A stretch of DNA of 64,000 nt, from contig NC_092670.1 of assembly GCF_964355755.1 (NCBI RefSeq), positions 6,996,201 through 7,060,200 of the forward strand. Direction: 5' to 3'. The notes beneath the pieces are model-generated. The model had not been told where the DNA came from, did not search any database, and saw only the letters and a list, made by a program, of their open reading frames with translations. Shown here in pieces: positions 23,879 to 37,727 of the stretch (the stretch's first letter is position 1; each line of letters opens with the position of its first letter). The stretch is from Antedon mediterranea. Its lineage: Eukaryota; Animalia; Echinodermata. The position numbers and the translations under genes were made by a program.

Positions 23879-26800
23879 CTAGCCTTTGCGCATAGCGCGA
23901 TACTTGGCCAAATCATAATTGGCCTCCTGACCATGACACGATTTTCGCCAAAAGTGTGTGTCTTATGCTGTGTGATTTAAGCTAATTTCACTACAATCAT
24001 GTGTATACGAGTTTGGTGTACAGGTATGTAACCAGCCTTTCAACGAACAATAGCTTCAATCGACTAACAATAGAACAGCAACGCGAAAAACACACGGGTG
24101 AATTTGAAAAGAAATAGGTTTTGTAAACTACTTGCATCAAAAAACCTGTATATTTAAATCAATTTATGTTTTAAAATTACAAATCACAAATTATAACTCT
24201 TGCCTCTTGTACAAAAATGAAGTTTTTTGGAGAAGTAGTTCTCGAGAAAATGCAATTTTAGTTTACATGTTAATTTAAGACTGCTCACCGGCTTTTGATA
24301 ATTCTGTCCTATCTTTTAACACTAGCAGGTCTAAAAATAATTTTTAAAAGTGGTCCAGAATTGGGACCGTGGTCCGGATTTTAACCAAAATTGGGCAGTG
24401 TCGTCCTTGCACCAGGTGACATGTATGGTAGTAATTTGGAGTTATTCGAATCTAAACTGTGAGCGCTAGAGTGATGACAAACAAACAAACAAACTAGCCT
24501 TCGCGCATAGCGCGATACTTGGCCAAATCAAAATTGGCCTCCTGACAATGACCCAATTTTCACCAAAAGTGTGTGTCTTTTGCTGTGTGATTTAGGTTAA
24601 TTTCACTACAATCATGTGTATACGAGTTTGGTGTACAGGTTATGTAACCAGCCTTTCAACGAACAATACCTTCAGTCGGCTAACAATAGAACAGCAACGC
24701 GAAAAACACACAGGTGAATTTGAAAAGAAATAGGTTTTGTAAACTACTCGCATCAAAAAAACTTCTATATTAAATCTAATTCAGTTTTAAAATTACAAAT
24801 CACAAATTATAATTCTTGCCTCTTGTACAAAAATGAAGTTTTTTGGACAAGTAATTCCCGAGAAAATGCAATTTAAGTTTACTTGTTAATTTAAGACTGC
24901 TCACTGGCTTTTGATAATTCTGTCCTATCTTTTACCACTGGCGGGTCTGAAAATAATTTTTAAAAGTGGTCCAGAATTGGAACCGTTTTTTGGACAAGTA
25001 GTTCCCGAGAAAATGCAATTTAAGTTTACTTGTTAATTTAAGACTACTCACCGGCTTTTGATAATTCTGTCCTATCTTTTAACACTAGCAGGTCTGAAAA
25101 TAATTTTTAAAAGTGGTCCAGAATTGGGACCGTGGTCCGGATTTTAAGCAAAATTGGGCAGTGTTGTCCTTGCACCAGGTGACATGTATGGTAGTAATTT
25201 TGAATCATTCGAATCAAAATTGTGAGCGCTAGAGTGATGACAAACAAACAAACACACACACACACACACCAAACACACACAAACCGCACCAATCAACATA
25301 CTTGGCCAATTTTCAATTTGGCCAAGTAACAAACAAACTAGCCTTCGCGCATAGCGCGATACTTGGCCAAATCAAAATTGGCCTACTGACATTGACCCAA
25401 TTTTCACCAAAAGTGTGTGTCTTATGCGGTGTGATTTAGGCTAATTTCACTACAATCATGAGTATATGAGTTTGGTGTACAGGTTATGTAACCAGCCTTT
25501 CAACGAACAATAGCTTCAGTCGGCTAACAATAGAACAGCAACGCGAAAAACACACGGGTGAATTTGAAAAGAAATAGGTTTTGTAAACTACTCGCATCAA
25601 AAAACCTCTATATTAAATCTAATTCAGTTTTAAAATTACAAATCACAAATTATAACACTTGCCTCTTGTACAAAAATGAAGTTTTTTGGACAAGTAGTTC
25701 TCGAGAAAATGCAATTTTAGTTTACTTGTTAATTTAAGACTGCTCACCGGCTTTTTATAATTCTGTCCTATCTTTTAACACTAGCAGGTCTGAACATAAT
25801 TTTTAAAAGTGGCCCAGAATTAGAACCGTGGTCCGGATTTTAACCAAAATTGGGCGGTGTCTTCCTTGCACCAGGTGACATGTCTGGTAGTAATTTGGAG
25901 TGATTCGTATCTAAACTGTGAGCGCTAGAGTGATGACAAACAAACAAGCACACACACACACACACACACAAACCGCACCAATCAACATACTTGGCCAATT
26001 TTCAATTTGGCCAAGTAACTAGCCTTCGCGCATAGCGCGATACTTGGCCAAATCAACATTGGCCTCCTAAACAAACTTGACCTTGACCGATTTTAACCCG
26101 ATCAAAGTTCAGTATATGTCATAAACTTTCCATGTAACATGAAAATAGAGACATAATTTCTCTATATTTAATTATAAATCAGCCGTATAATTTATATACT
26201 AAGAAATATACTTGAACAAACAATAAAAAAAAAATCTGATGTCGTTTCATTTCCCAAGGTGAGACTCGATCTCGGTAACTTAAATGCTGTAGACACCAGC
26301 ACAGACCACCGAGCCATACACAACTGCCTAACATTTGAAGAAAGATTCCTCTGTGTATTTACCATTGTGAGCGATAGAGCGATGACAAACACACACACAA
26401 ACCGAACCGAACAATAGAACAGCACGCGGAAAAAACACACGGGTGAATTTGAAAAGAAATAGGTTTTGTAAACTACTCGCATCAAAAAACCTGTATATTA
26501 AATCAATTTATGTTTTATAATTACAAATCACAAATTATAACTCTTGCCTCTTGTATAAAAATGAAGTTTTTTGGAGAAGTAGTTCTCGAGAAAATGCAAT
26601 TTTAGTTTACATGTTAATTTAAGACTGCTCACCGGATTTTGATAATTCTGTCCTATCTTTTAACACTAGCAGGTCTGAACATAATTTTTAAAAGTGGTCC
26701 AGAATTGGGACCGTGGTCCAGATTTTAACCAAAATTGGGCAGTGTCGTTCTTGCACCAGGTGACATGTATGGTAGTAATTTGGAGTCATTCGAATCAAAA

Positions 26801-29800
26801 CTGTGAGCGCTAGAGTGATGACAAACAAACAAACAAACAAACACACACACACACACACACACACACAAACCGCACCAATCAACATACTTGGCCAATTTTC
26901 AATTTGGCCAAGTAACTAGCCTTCGCGCATAGCGCGATACTTGGCCAAATCAAAATTGGCCTCCTAAACAAACTTGACTTTGACCGATTTTAACCCGATC
27001 AAAGTTCAGTATATGTCATAAACCTCCCATGTAACATGAAAATAGAGACATAATTTCTCTAGATTTAATTATAAATCAGCCGTATAATTTATATACTAAG
27101 AAATATACTTGAACAAACAATAAAAAAGATTTAATTATAAATCAGCCGTATAATTTATATACTAAGAAATATACTTGAACAAACAATAAAAAAAAAATCT
27201 GATTTCGTTTCATTTCCCAAGGTGAGACTCGATCTCGGTAACTTAAATGCTGTAGACACCAGCACAGACCACCGAGCCATACACAACTGACTAACATTTG
27301 AAGAAAGATTCCTATGTGTATTTACCACTGTGAGCGATAGAGCGATGACAAACACACACACACACACCGAACAATAGAACAGCAACGCGAAAAACATACT
27401 GGTGAATTTGAAGAGAAATAGGTTTTGTAAACTACTCGCATCAAAAAACCTGTGTATTAAATCAATTTATGTTTTAAAATTACAAATCACCAATTATAAC
27501 TCTTGACTCTTGTACAAAAATGAAGTTATTTGGAGAAGTAGTTCTCGAGAAAATGCAATTTTAGTTTACTTGTTAATTTAAGACTGCTCACCGGCTTTTG
27601 ATAATTCTGTCCTATCTTTTAACACTAGCAGGTCTGAAAATAATTTTTAAAAGTGGTCCAGAATTGGGACCGTGGTCCGGATTTTAACCAAAATTGGGCA
27701 GTGTCGTCCTTGCACCAGGTGACATGTATGATAGTAATTTGGAGTCATTCGAATCAAAACTGTGAGCGCTAGAGTGATGAAAAACAAACAAACAAACAAA
27801 CAAACTAGCCTTCGCGCATAGCGCGATACTTGGCCAAATCAAAATTGGCCTCCTAAACACACTTGACCCGATTTTCACCAAAAGTGTGTGTCTTAATGCT
27901 GTGTGATTTAGGCTAATTTTACTACAATCCTGTGTATACAAGTTTAGTGTACAGGTTATGTAACCAGCCTTTCAACGAACAATAGCTTCAGTCGGCTAAA
28001 AATAGAACAGCAACGCGAAAAACACACGGGTGAATTTGAAAAGAAAAAATAGGTTTTGTAAACTACTCGCATCAAAAAACCTCTATATTAAATCTAATTA
28101 AGTTTTAAAATTACAAATCACAAATTATAACTCTTGCCTCTTGTACAAAAATGAAGTTTTTTGGACAAGTAGTTCCCGAGAAAATGCAATTTAAGTTTAC
28201 TTGTTAATTTAAGACTGCTCACCGGCTTTTGATAATTCTGCCCTATCTTTTAACACTAGCAGGTCTGAAAATAATTTTTAAAAGTGGTCCAGAATTGGGA
28301 CCGTGGTCCGGATTTTAACCAAAATTGGGCAGTGTCGTCCTTGCACTAGGTGACATGTATGGTAGTAATTTGGAGTAATTCGAATCAAAATTGTGAGCGC
28401 TAGAGTGATGACAAACAAACAAACAAACTAGCCTTCGCGCATAGCGCGATACTTGGCCAAATCAAAATTGGCCTCCTGACATTAACCCAATTTTCACCAA
28501 AAGTGTGTGTCTTATGCTGTGTGATTTAGGCTAATTTCACTACAATCATGTGTATACGAGTTTGGTGTACAGGTTATGTAACCAGCCTTTCAACGAACAA
28601 TAGCTTCAGTCGGCTAACAATAGAACAGCAACGCGAAAAACACACGGGTGAATTTGAAAAGAAATAGGTTTTGTAAACTACTCGCACAAAAAACCTCTAT
28701 ATTAAATCTAATTCAGTTTTAAAATTACAAATCACAAATTATAACTCTTGCCTCTTGTACAAAAATGAAGTTTTTTGGAGAAGTAGTTCTCGAGAAAATG
28801 CAATTTTAGTTTACTTGTTAATTTAAGACTGCTCACCGGCCTTTGATAATTCTGTCCTTTCTTTTAACACTAGCGGGTCTGAAAGTAATTTTTAAAAGTG
28901 GTCCAGAATTGGGACCGTGGTCCTGATTTTAACCAAAATTGGGCAGTGTCGTCCTTGCACCAGGTGACATGTATGGTAGAAATTTGGAGTCATTCGAACC
29001 AAAACTGTGAGCGCTAGAGTGATGACAAACAAACAAACAAACAAACAAACTAGCCTTCGCGCATAGCGCGATACTTGGCCAAATCAAAATTGGCCTCCTA
29101 AACACACTTGACCTTGACCGATTTTAACCCGATCAAAGTTCAGTATATGTCACAAACCTCCCATGTAACATAAAAATAGAGACATAATTTCTCTAGATTT
29201 AATTATAAATCAGCCGTATAATTTATATACTAAGAAATATACTTGAACAAACAATACGAATAATAAAAAAAATCTCATTTCGTTTAATTTCCGAAGGTGA
29301 GACTCGATCTCGGTAACTTAAATGCTGTAGACACCAGCACAGACCACCGAGCCATACACAACTGACTAACATTTGAAGAAAGATTCCTATGTGTATTTAC
29401 CATTGTGAGCGATTCTGAGCGATGACAAACACACACACAAACCGAACCGAACAATAGAACAGCACGCGGGAAAAACACACGGGTGAATTTGAAAAGAAAT
29501 AGGTTTTTAAAACTATTCGCATCAAAGAACCTGTACATTAAATCTAATTATGTTTTAAAATTACAAATCACAAATTATAGCACTTGCCTCTTGTAAAAAA
29601 ATGAAATTTTTTGGACAAGTAGTTCTCGAGAAAATGCAATTTTAGTAGTTTACTTGTTAATTTAAGACTGCTCACCGGATTTTGATAATTCTGTCCAATC
29701 TTTTAACACTAGCAGGTCTGAACATAATTTTTAAAAGTGGTCCAGAATTGGGACCGTGGTCCAGATTTTAACCAAAATTGGGCAGTGTCGTCCTTGCACC

Positions 29801-32800
29801 AGATGACATGTATGGTAGTAATTTGGAGTCATTCGAACCAAAACTGTGAGCGCTAGAGTGATGACAAACAAACAAACAAACTAGCCTTCGCGCATAGCGC
29901 GATACTTGGCCAAATCAAAATTGGCCTCCTGACATTGACCCAATTTTCACCAAAAGTGTATGTCTTATGCTGTGTGATTTAAGCTAATTATACTACAATC
30001 CTGTGTATACGAGTTAGGTGTACAGGTTATGTAACCAGCCTTTCAACGAACAATAGCTTCAGTCGGCTAACAATAGAACAGCAACGCGAAAAACACACGG
30101 GTGAATTTGAAAAGAAATAGATTTTGTAAACTACTCGCATCAAAAAACCTCTACATTAAATCTAATTAAGTATTAAAATTACAAATCACAAATTATAACT
30201 CTTGCCTCTTGTACAAAAATGAAATTTTTTGGACTAGTAGTTCTCGAGAAAATGTAATTTAAGTTTACTTGTTAATTTAAGACTGCTCACCGGCTTTTGA
30301 TAATTCTGTCCTATCTTTTAACACTAGCAGGTCTGAAAATAATTTTTAAAAGTGGCCCAGAATTGGAACCATGGTCCAGATTTTAACCAAAATTGGGCGG
30401 TGTCGTCCTTGCACCAGGTGACATGTATGGTATTAATTTGGAGTCATTCGAATCAAAACTGTGAGCGCTAGAGTGATGACAAACAAACAAACAAACAAAC
30501 TAGCCTTCGCGCATAGCGCGATACTTGGCCAAATCAAAATTGGCCTCCTGACATTGACCCAATTTTCACCAAAAGTGTATGTCTTATGCTGTGTGATTTA
30601 AGCTAATTATACTACAATCCTGTGTATACGAGTTAGGTGTACAGGTTATGTAACCAGCCTTTCAACGAACAATAGCTTCAGTCGACTAACAATAGAACAG
30701 CAACGCGAAAAACACACGGGTGAATTTGAAAAGAAATAGATTTTGTAAACTACTCGCATCAAAAAACCTCTACATTAAATCTAATTAAGTATTAAAATTA
30801 CAAATCACAAATTATAACTCTTGCCTCTTGTACAAAAATGAAGTTTTTTGGACTAGTAGTTCTCGAGAAAATGTAATTTAAGTTTACTTGTTAATTTAAG
30901 ACTGCTCACCGGCTTTTGATAATTCTGTCCTATCTTTTAACACTAGCAGGTCTGAAAATAATTTTTAAAAGTGGCCCAGAATTGGAACCGTGTTCTAGAT
31001 TTTAACCAAAATTGGGCGGTGTCGTCCTTGCACCAGGTGACATGTATGGTATTAATTTGGAGTCATTCGAATCAAAACTGTGAGCGCTAGAGTGATGACA
31101 AACAAACAAACAAACAAACAAACAGATCAACATACTTGGCCAATTTTCAATTTGGCCAAGTACTCGCATCAAAAAACCTCTACATTAAATCTAATTAAGT
31201 ATTAAAATTACAAATCACAAATTATAACTCTTGCCTCTTGTACAAAAATGAAGTTTTTTGGACTAGTAGTTCTCGAGAAAATGTAATTTAAGTTTACTTG
31301 TTAATTTAAGACTGCTCACCGGCTTTTGATAATTCTGTCCTATCTTTTAACACTAGCAGGTCTGAAAATAATTTTTAAAAGTGGCCCAGAATTGGAACCG
31401 TCGTCCAGACTTTAACCAAAATTGGGCGGTGTCGTCCTTGCACCAGGTGACATGTATGGTATTAATTTGGAGTCATTCGAATCAAAACTGTGAGCGCTAG
31501 AGTGATGACAAACAAACAAACAAACAAACAAACAGATCAACATACTTGGCCAATTTTCAATTTGGCCAAGTAACAAACAAACAGATCAACATACTTGGCC
31601 AATTTTCAATTTGGCCAAGTAACAAACAAACAAACACACACACAAACCAAACAGATCAACATACTTGGCCAATTTTCAATTTGGCCAAGTAACAAACACA
31701 CACACAAACCGCACCAATCAACATACTTGGCCAATTTTCAATTTGGCCAAGTAACAAACAAACAAACAAACAAACTAGCCTTCGCGCATAGCGCGATACT
31801 TGGCCAAATCAAAATTGGCCTCCTGACATTGACCCAATTTTCACCAAAAGTGTATGTCTTATGCTGTGTGATTTAAGCTAATTATACTACAATCCTGTGT
31901 ATACGAGTTAGGTGTACAGGTTATGTAACCAGCCTTTCAACGAACAATAGCTTCAGTTGGCTAACAATAGAACAGCAACGCGAAAAACACACGGATGAAT
32001 TTGAAAAGAAATAGATTTTGTAAACTACTCGCATCAAAAAACCTCTACATTAAATCTAATTAAGTATTAAAATTACAAATTACAAATTATAACTCTTGCC
32101 TCTTGTACAAAAATGAAGTTTTTTGGACTAGTAGTTCTCGAGAAAATGTAATTTAAGTTTACTTGTTAATTTAAGACTGCTCACCGGCTTTTGATAATTC
32201 TGTCCTATCTTTTAACACTAGCAGGTCTGAAAATAATTTTTAAAAGTGGCCCAGAATTGGAACCGTGGTCCAGACTTTAACCAAAATTGGGCGGTGTCGT
32301 CCTTGCACCAGGTGACATGTATGGTATTAATTTGGAGTCATTCGAATCAAAACTGTGAGCGCTAGAGTGATGACAAACAAACAAACAAACAAACAGATCA
32401 ACATACTTGGCCAATTTTCAATTTGGCCAAGTAACAAACAAACAGATCAACATACTTGGCCAATTTTCAATTTGGCCAAGTAACAAACAAACAAACACAC
32501 ACACAAACCAAACAGATCAACATACTTGGCCAATTTTCAATTTGGCCAAGTAACAAACACACACACAAACCGCACCAATCAACATACTTGGCCAATTTTC
32601 AATTTGGCCAAGTAACAAACAAACAAACAAACAAACTAGCCTTCGCGCATAGCGCGATACTTGGCCAAATCAAAATTGGCCTCCTGACATTGACCCAATT
32701 TTCACCAAAAGTGTATGTCTTATGCTGTGTGATTTAAGCTAATTATACTACAATCCTGTGTATACGAGTTAGGTGTACAGGTTATGTAACCAGCCTTTCA

Positions 32801-34671
32801 ACGAACAATAGCTTCAGTCGGCTAACAATAGAACAGCAACGCGAAAAACACACGGATGAATTTGAAAAGAAATAGATTTTGTAAACTACTCGCATCAAAA
32901 AACCTCTACATTAAATCTAATTAAGTATTAAAATTACAAATCACAAATTATAACTCTTGCCTCTTGTACAAAAATGAAGTTTTTTGGACTAGTAGTTCTC
33001 GAGAAAATGTAATTTAAGTTTACTTGTTAATTTAAGACTGCTCACCGGCTTTTGATAATTCTGTCCTATCTTTTAACACTAGCAGGTCTGAAAATAATTT
33101 TTAAAAGTGGCCCAGAATTGGAACCGTGGTCCAGATTTTAACCAAAATTGGGCGGTGTCGTCCTTGCACCAGGTGACATGTATGGTATTAATTTGGAGTC
33201 ATTCGAATCAAAACTGTGAGCGCTAGAGTGATCACAAACAAACAAACAAACAAACAAACAGATCAACATACTTGGCCAATTTTCAATTTGGCCAAGTAAC
33301 AAACAAACACACACACAAACCAAACAGATCAACATACTTGGCCAATTTTTAATTTGGCCAAATAACAAACACACACACACACACACACACACAACCCGCA
33401 CCAATCAACATACTTGGCCAATTTTCAATTTGGCCAAGTAACAAACAAACTAGCCTTCGCGCATAGCGCGATACTTGGCCAAATCAAAATTGGCCTCTTA
33501 AACACACTTGACCTTGACCGATTTTAACCCGATCAAAGTTAAGTATATGTCATAAACCTCCCATGTAACATAAAAATAGAGACATAATTTCTCTAGATTT
33601 GATTATAAATCAGCCGTATAATTTATATACTAAGAAATATACTTGAACAAACAATACGAATAATAAAAAAAAATCTTATTTTGCTTCATTTCCCAAGGTG
33701 AGACTCGATCTCGGTAACTTAAATGCTGTAGACACCAGCACAGATCACCGAGCCATACACAACTGACTAACATTTGAAGAAAGATTCCTATGTGTATTTA
33801 CCATTGTGAGCGATAGAGCGATGACAAACACACACACAAACCGAACAATAGAACAGCAACGCGAAAAACACACTGGTGAATTTGAAGAGAAATAGGTTTT
33901 GTAAATTACTCGCAACAAAAAACCTGTATATTAAATCAATTTATGTTTTAAAATTACAAATCACCAATTTTAACTCTTGCCTCTTGTACAAAAATGAAGT
34001 TTTTTGGAGAAGTAGTTCTCGAGAAAATGCAATTTTTGAGTTTACTTGTTAATTTAAGACTGCTCACCGGCCTTTGATAATTCTGTCCTTTCTTTTAACA
34101 CTAGCAGGTCTGAAAGTAATTTTTAAAAGTGGTCCAGAATTGGGACGGTGGTCCGGATTTTAACCAAAATTGGGCAGTGTCGTTCTTGCACCAGGTGACA
34201 TGTATGGTAGTAATTTGGAGTCATTCGAACCAAAACTGTGAGCGCTAGAGTGATGACAAACAAACAAACAAACACACACACCCACATCCACACACACAAA
34301 CAGACAAACTAGCCTTCGCGCAAACAAACAAACACACAAACCAAACAGATCAACATACTTGGCCAATTTTCAATTTGGCCAAGTAACAAACACACACACA
34401 AACCAAACAGATCAACATACTTGGCCAATTTTCAATTTGGCCAAGTAAACAAACAAACAAACACACACACAAACCAAACAGATCAACATACTTGGCCAAT
34501 TTTCAATTTGGCCAAGTAACAAACAAACAAACAAACAAACACACACACAAACCAAAAAGATACACACACACACATCCACAAACCGCACCAATCAACATAC
34601 TTGGCCAATTTTCAATTGGGCAAAGTAACAAAGTGAATACTATACTTGGCAAAATTCTTTTTGCCAAGTAA
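23879..34671 (-). mobile_element. Array 2 of HINE family 1 elements (intron between the LDLa exon and the first HYR exon)
   Basis: About 13 CTAG-hairpin ends plus one truncated end (about 34308), and about 20 stem-loop ends, many of them stacked. Confidence 0.85.
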
Positions 34672-34715
34672 CAAACACACGCTACCGATTACATATACCT
34701 CCTTGGCGGAGGTAA
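34672..34715 (-). mobile_element. Stem-loop terminus of a different HINE family (probable other end of the host element)
   Basis: CAAACACACGCTACCGATTACATA-TACCTCCTTGGCGGAGGTAA. The ACCTCCTTGGCGGAGGT stem-loop is a widespread Helentron/HINE terminus. Confidence 0.65.
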
Positions 34716-36623
34716 AAAATAGAGTTGATAGGTCCCGGAAATTTAACGTATTATACTTCGAAGCATAAAAAAAAATATATACAGGTACGTCTCCAGAACC
34801 AACCCTACCATGGATATGGAAAAAAAATGAAAAAAAGAGAGCTCTATGTTCCCAGACAATGCACTAACTGTATATTGTACATCGAAATATGAAACGAAAT
34901 GTATAAGTATCCATGACCAGCTCTATAATTGGGGACGATTGAGCTAAGACAATTTTGAAAACTAGAGCTGCAGGTCTTCAAAAACTACACTTATAACTTT
35001 AAAAAATTCAGGCCTAAAGGCCTAAAAACGTGACCCTTTTTACCTTTTATTTGGAGGGGAATGCGTCCGCAAGCGTAGACCATTTTTCTTCGGGGAAAAT
35101 CAGTTCATTTTCCAGATGTGAATCTAGAATTTCAATGTATGATGAGCAGTTCATGATATACAGGACATTGGAAATGTAATAACTTAGCTATAATAAGATG
35201 TTGGAAAAATGTTTGTTTAGTGATGTAGGCAAGCCTACAGTGAAACGTCTATTTTTGGTACCCCACGGTACAGGGTTAATCGTAAATAAAAAAAAACAAT
35301 AGATCGCGAACATAATTCGTGCCCTTTTGCTGTATAGCGTACGTCGAAAACTAACAGTACACATTCTGGTCCCTGGATGGAACATGATATCACGCGTAAA
35401 CCGCAATGGTCCGGGCCCAATGTTAAACGTACAAAGGGACACCGCCAGACAAGTGCGTACCTATTGTTTATTAGATCGCCGGATATAATGCATGCAAAAA
35501 AAGTGTAATAGCTCTCCGTCCGACCTACTAAAAAATGGAACGTCGCGGTTTTCTAGGCGCTGAAGCTACGAAGTGAACGCGAATGATTTTTACTGTATAT
35601 TATATTCCCCGACGAAAAGTACTCGCGTTCCCCGACGGGGGGGGGGGGGGGGGGGGTGGGCTAGGCTTCCTGACGAGGGGGCTACAGCCCCCGTAGCCCC
35701 CCGCTGGCGCCACCACTGGGCCAATGTATTAAATACAATTGTGTATTATGATTACAACTACAGAAAATTCATTTTCCTGTGTAAGAGCCATATTTTTTTG
35801 GAATGAAATGTGTGCACTTGAATTCTTGTATATACTGTAATTCTGATTCATAATTTGTCTTTTATATTCATTTCTTTTATTCGCAGCATAATATAACAAA
35901 TGGTAACAGAATAACAAATTGTATTGTGTTTTTTTGTACATAATGCGAACTAAAAAAAGTTAAAGTCACTCAAGCCATTCTTTAAAAGTCATTCCGTTTA
36001 ACAAATTGTTGACATGTGTTCACAACTCTCCTTATATCAAGATCAATTCAATTGAAATACGAATAATCAGTACTTAAGCATAGTTACATGTACTTTTCAT
36101 AGATATTGAGGCTCCATTTTTTATGGTAACTTTACCGTTGGTTGATTTCGACATATTATTCTTAGCCATTTCTATACGCTTCACATCAGTGCAGACAAGT
36201 AACATTCATGGGGTGATCCAACTTTCTTCAGATATTTTTACTACAGATAATGTATCAGATACTTAAAACCCGTTGTTCGCTTAAATGTAGAAATACACTA
36301 ATCTAAGAAGTAATATAAAGTAGTAGTTTCTGAATCAGGATCGAGGGTTGCATCGTATATTGGAGGCACAGACAATTGCACGAGGATAATAATCTAACTT
36401 ATCAGCCTGCACATTCTAGACGTTACAAAATGTAACTGATATAAAATAGGTGTTACTATAGTTTAATAATATATTCATAGAATAGAATAATTTATACTCA
36501 TATTCCATAATAACTGAGACAAGAATGAACATTGTTGTCTCAGTTAATAATGAGGGAGGGTTTGAATTGGAATAATCCAATATATCGAAAGACTATCCAT
36601 ATATTATTATCAACATTGTTTAG

Positions 36624-36875
36624 ATCAAGAAGCTCCAGATATTTTCAATTGCCCAATGGATTTGATTGTTGACACAGTAACTGGTGAGGCATTTGCCATC
36701 AATGTCACATGGGTTGAACCGACAGCTACTGACAACTCTGATGAGACTCCTATACCAGTATCAGACTACACTTCTGGTGATATGTTTGCACTTGGTAACA
36801 CAACAGTCCAGTACAATGTCTCAGATTCAGCTGGTAACTTTAATGATAGCTGTAGTTTTTTCGTCACTGTTAAAG
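36624..36875 (+). CDS. Exon: HYR domain 1
   Basis: TTTAG / GTAAGA, 252 bp, phase 1-1. DQEAPDIFNCP...VTWVEPTATDNS...SGDMFALGNTTVQYNVSDSAGN..CSFFVTV. Confidence 0.92.
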
Positions 36876-37106
36876 GTAAGAAAAGAAGAAATTAAACTTT
36901 AGCTTAAGTAATGTGAATATGTCAAATGTGATCTAGTTTTAGGAGAAGGAGGATATACAATAATTTAAATTCAGTAAATTAGCATAAAATGTTGAAAAGG
37001 TAATACAGTGGATCTTCTATTAATGGGACACCCTCGAGACCCCACACATTTTCCTCTCAAAATACATATTAGTACTCATTCTATCTTTTCTGCATTGTTA
37101 TTATAG

Positions 37107-37391
37107 ATTTGGAGACACCATCTTTTAATGGTACATGCCCATCCAGTCCTTTGGAGGTACCAACTGATCCTCCAACCGGCAACAGACTCATTGGGGAAAT
37201 GTTTGCAACTGTGATCTGGACAATTCCATCAGCAACTGATAATGTAGGTGTTGTCATGGTTACAAACAACAGCTACCCTGGATCTCCAGTATATTTCAAT
37301 ATATCTTCTGATTATGACATGAATGTGGCATATGCTGCACAAGATGCAGCAGGCAATGTGGCGATATGTTCATTTTTAGTAAAAGTTGTGG
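37107..37391 (+). CDS. Exon: HYR domain 2
   Basis: TATAG / GTAAGA, 285 bp. DLETPSF..CP...VIWTIPSATDNVG...YAAQDAAGNVAICSFLVKV. Confidence 0.9.
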
Positions 37392-37727
37392 GTAAGAATT
37401 AATTAAAAATAATATATAATCATTACGAAACAAGCCTGTAGAGACCAAACTGTAGTTTTTACTTATTTTCCAGACTTAACGTATATTTTAGCTCAAATTT
37501 ACCGTATTGAGCACTTTCTAGACGGTTACATTTAACCGAACATTTATATAATCATTATATATATTACAATAACTTATATCGTTCGAACAAATATTACCAT
37601 ACCATAAAAACATTAATTTTCTTCGGTGAATGTTAGTATATTTATATATAAAGTAAATGATGGATGAAACTAAGCCAGGACTGTTTAATGCCTAATGTGA
37701 CACCATCTCCATATACACCACTATAAT

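Noticed and set aside
24976-27190. Small internal duplications in HINE units (about 24987-25130 and 27128-27190)
   Set aside because: Ordinary local slippage or repair events with no independent significance.
31535-31760. CRISPR-like pattern: ~37-bp palindromic repeats separated by short spacers (also 4200-4440, 32400-32615, 34350-34630)
   Set aside because: The spacers are CA/CAAA microsatellite remnants rather than unique sequence, there are no cas genes, the context is eukaryotic, and the repeat is the HINE terminal stem-loop.
490-34366. Dozens of recurring 60-120 aa ORFs (VCVCVC..., MTPNYYHTCHL..., QTHTQTKQ...)
   Set aside because: These are chance translations of the repeat unit and microsatellites. 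Frames shift with microsatellite length and show no domain or splice structure.
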